The notes under the pieces: model-generated | Seen by the model: the letters and a program-made list of their open reading frames with translations, nothing else | Told to the model about the DNA's origin: nothing | Database searches by the model: none | NCBI GenBank assembly: GCA_963770565.1 | Contig: CAVYQE010000001.1 | Location: 704,146 to 768,145, forward strand | From: an uncultured Actinomycetota bacterium | Lineage (GTDB): Bacteria; Actinomycetota; Actinomycetes; JAFAQI01 | DNA: 64,000 nucleotides | Direction: 5' to 3' | Shown: positions 61,669 to 64,000 of the stretch, piece by piece | Numbering within the stretch: position 1 is the stretch's first letter | Layout: every line of letters starts with the position of its first letter | Position numbers and translations under genes: made by a program

Positions 61669-62547
61669 ATGGGCCGCGAGAGCAACAAGAAGCGACGGCA
61701 GTCGAACGCCGCGACGGCGCGGGAGAAGGCAGCGGCCGCCCGGGAGCTCCAGCAGCGGGCTGAGCAGCGCCGTCGCGCCCTGACGGTCCTGACCGCCGTG
61801 GTCGTGGTCGTCGTCGTCCTTGCCGTGATTGCGGTCGTTGCGCTGACCCACAAGAAGAAGAGCAGCAACGACCGCAACACCGCATCAGCGAGCGTGGTCA
61901 CAGCCGTGACCAAGATGCCGGACGCGAGCCTGACCACGATCGGAGAGGGCAACGTCGTTACGCTGCCGGCTCCGGTCAGCGGTGAGCCGGCGCTCACCTC
62001 CGGTGGAAAGCCTGAGTTGTTGTACATCGGTGCCGAGTTCTGCCCGTACTGCGCGATCGAGCGCTGGTCCTTGGCCGTTGCGCTGTCGAAGTTCGGCACG
62101 TTGTCGGGCATCGGTGAAGTGCGATCCGGGGTGGACGACGGCAACTTCGCGTCGCTGGACTTCAACAAGACCTCGTTTACCAGCAAGTACCTCGTGTTCA
62201 CCCCGATCGAAGCTCAGGACCGCAACCGCAACCCGCTGGAGAAGGTCCCGAGCGCGGACAACGTGCTATGGAACAAGCTCACCAACAATCGACCCGGGTT
62301 TCCCTTTGTCGACTTCGGCAACAAGTCCGCGCTGACGGTGAAGGTCCCGCTCGACCCGACGGTGCTCGGGACGCTGAACCAACAGCAGGTCGCGGCGCAG
62401 CTCAGCAATCTGAGCGGCAAGATCGCGCAGACCATCGGCGGCGGTGCGAATGACGACATCGCCGCGATCTGCATGATGACCAACAATCAGCCGTCATCGG
62501 TCTGCAGCTCCTCGGTGATCCAAGGGCTCGAATCGAAGATCGGCTAG
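61669..62547 (+). CDS. DUF929-family thioredoxin-like protein, paralog 2 (CPYC)
   Basis: ~45% identical to 60333..61202 over its full length. YIGAEFCPYCAIERWS. Confidence 0.7.
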   Translation: MGRESNKKRRQSNAATAREKAAAARELQQRAEQRRRALTVLTAVVVVVVVLAVIAVVALTHKKKSSNDRNTASASVVTAVTKMPDASLTTIGEGNVVTLPAPVSGEPALTSGGKPELLYIGAEFCPYCAIERWSLAVALSKFGTLSGIGEVRSGVDDGNFASLDFNKTSFTSKYLVFTPIEAQDRNRNPLEKVPSADNVLWNKLTNNRPGFPFVDFGNKSALTVKVPLDPTVLGTLNQQQVAAQLSNLSGKIAQTIGGGANDDIAAICMMTNNQPSSVCSSSVIQGLESKIG

Positions 62548-63446
62548 CTCCCCGCGCTGGTCTGGCTGCGCCGTGGCCGGCTCCGCTCGGGTGCGGCCGG
62601 CGGCACCGGTGTCTGCTGTTCGATTCGGGTGACTCCGGCTGTGACGGTTGCGCCGTGGGTGTTGAGGTGCGCGAGAGTGGCCACGATCTCCCGGACGATC
62701 CGGCGGTCGATCGGCAGTGACATGTGGCCGACGCCGCGCACCAGGATGTTGCGGGCCGACAGGTCGGGGTGGTCGACGATCGCGGCCTGCTTGGGCGAGA
62801 TCATCGCGTCGATGTCGCTCCAGAACGACACGAACCGCGTCTGGCATCCCTCGGCTGGCGCGTTGAGCTCCTCGACCACCTCGCTTCCCGGCGTCAGTTG
62901 CCGGCACACGCCGCGCGGAAACAGCTTCGCGTTGCGGGTGCCCTGATGCGGCGTGCCAAGGGTGACCAGGGTGTGCACCCGCGAGTCGCCGCCGAGCCGC
63001 TGTACGTAGTAGCGCGCAACCAAGCCGCCCATCGAGTGCCCGACGACGTGGATCCGGTCGTACCCGGACTGCTCGCAGATCGCCTCGACCGCCGAGGCAA
63101 GCCGGCGCGCGGCATCGCGCAGGTCGGCGGTCCAGACCCGGTAGTTCATCGTCGACACCCGGCCGAACCCGCGCCGGCGCAAGTGACGCCGCAGCAGGGT
63201 GAAGATCGAGCGGTTGTCGACCATGCCGTGGATCAGCAGGATCGGGGTGCCGGCCGCTTCGACGTCGCCGATCAGCAGGCCGCGGCGGATCGGTGAGAGC
63301 TTGCCGAGGGAGAACCGGTCGGCTTCGGGCCGGATCCGCTCCTGGGCGACACCGAACGGATAGCTGACCAGGTGGGTGGCGATCCAGGCCACCTCGACCG
63401 CGGCGCCCTTGATCGTGCGCCGGCTCAGCATTGCCCCCCGCTGCAT
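62544..63446 (-). CDS. alpha/beta-hydrolase (lipase/esterase-like, GHSMGG)
   Basis: …PILLIHGM…(HG oxyanion), nucleophile elbow VVGHSMGG, and a C-terminal His (…GVGHMSL…). The start is uncertain (ATG 63446 or 63431; the ORF is open to 63584). Confidence 0.55.
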   Translation of the reverse strand: MQRGAMLSRRTIKGAAVEVAWIATHLVSYPFGVAQERIRPEADRFSLGKLSPIRRGLLIGDVEAAGTPILLIHGMVDNRSIFTLLRRHLRRRGFGRVSTMNYRVWTADLRDAARRLASAVEAICEQSGYDRIHVVGHSMGGLVARYYVQRLGGDSRVHTLVTLGTPHQGTRNAKLFPRGVCRQLTPGSEVVEELNAPAEGCQTRFVSFWSDIDAMISPKQAAIVDHPDLSARNILVRGVGHMSLPIDRRIVREIVATLAHLNTHGATVTAGVTRIEQQTPVPPAAPERSRPRRSQTSAGS

Positions 63447-63558
63447 GGGCGAGACTTTACCTGACGACCCGTCAGAGAACCGGTGATCGGCCGATCCGGC
63501 CGGCCCACTATTCTTCGGGGTCTGCGACCGTGGGGCCGCGGGCCGAGGAGGTGGCGTC

Positions 63559-63960
63559 GTGCCGATCCGGGTCGTCGTCGCCAAGCCTGGCCTCGATGGT
63601 CACGACCGCGGCGCCAAAGTGGTGGCTCGCGCGCTGCGCGACGCGGGCATGGAGGTCATCTACACCGGCTTGCATCAGACCCCCGAGCAGATCGTCGCCA
63701 CCGCGCTCCAGGAGGATGCCCACGCGATCGGGCTGTCGGTACTGTCGGGCGCGCACATGACGTTGTTCGCCCGGGTGCTGCAGCTGCTCGAGGAGAGCGA
63801 CTCGCGCGACATCATCGTTTTCGGCGGCGGCATCATCCCGGATGCGGACATTGCGCCGCTGAAGGAGCTCGGCGTCGCCGAGGTCTTCACTCCAGGGACT
63901 CCGACCACCGCGATCGTGGAGTGGGTCACCAGCCACGTGACGGCCAGCAGCGGCACCTGA
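63559..63960 (+). CDS. cobalamin (B12)-binding domain protein (methylmalonyl-CoA-mutase small-subunit-like)
   Basis: …[35 protein letters not shown]… has the DxHxxG B12-binding motif (GLDGHDRG) and a Rossmann-like fold. 133 aa, GTG start. Confidence 0.7.
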   Translation: MPIRVVVAKPGLDGHDRGAKVVARALRDAGMEVIYTGLHQTPEQIVATALQEDAHAIGLSVLSGAHMTLFARVLQLLEESDSRDIIVFGGGIIPDADIAPLKELGVAEVFTPGTPTTAIVEWVTSHVTASSGT

Positions 63961-64000
63961 CGGAGGGTGTCAGCAGCAAGTCAGCCGGCCGATACGGTGT

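Overview
High-GC (~70%) actinobacterial chromosomal segment, syntenic with the mycobacterial/Streptomyces rpoA-rplQ-truA ... rplM-rpsI-glmM-glmS-acpS-nnr-alr-tsaEBD/rimI-groES-groEL1 ... guaB-guaB3 ... choD ... guaA core region. About 70 protein genes are called. Many are tightly packed, with 4-nt start/stop overlaps (GTGA/ATGA) that suggest translational coupling. No tRNA or rRNA genes, CRISPR array, transposase or integrase was recognised.

Non-coding structure of note:
- A ~97-bp x 6 tandem repeat array fills the rpsI-glmM spacer.
- A 170-bp inverted-repeat (MITE-like or hairpin) element sits in the ydbS/tsaB divergent region.
- 31-bp hairpin-bearing direct repeats lie upstream of groES.
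- Two CIRCE (HrcA) operators are present, one before groES and one overlapping the groEL ribosome-binding site, with an intercistronic hairpin between the two genes.
- AT-rich palindromic candidate operators precede an MFS-ArsR operon and lie in a MarR/YceI divergent region.

Coding-level points of interest:
- rplQ is open in-frame into truA, probably a 1-nt frameshift in the acidic tail.
- An orphan MocA plus three XdhC/CoxI-type Moco-maturation genes sit without dehydrogenase structural genes; one XdhC is fused to a YHS metal-binding domain.
- A co-directional cluster encodes a domain-inverted STAND ATPase-TPR-wHTH/BTAD regulator, an orphan receiver domain, an RNB exoribonuclease and a small membrane PH-like protein.
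- An ABC-2 exporter is operonic with a UPF0182 membrane protein.
- A lower-GC penicillin-acylase-family gene may be horizontally acquired.
- A VKOR gene is flanked by two DUF929 thioredoxin-like paralogs.
- A bldM-like orphan response regulator and a DUF5319 gene lie next to guaB, matching the Streptomyces developmental-locus synteny, but with no whiB-type gene.

Most other long ORFs in the six-frame track are antisense or alternate-frame artefacts of the high GC content.
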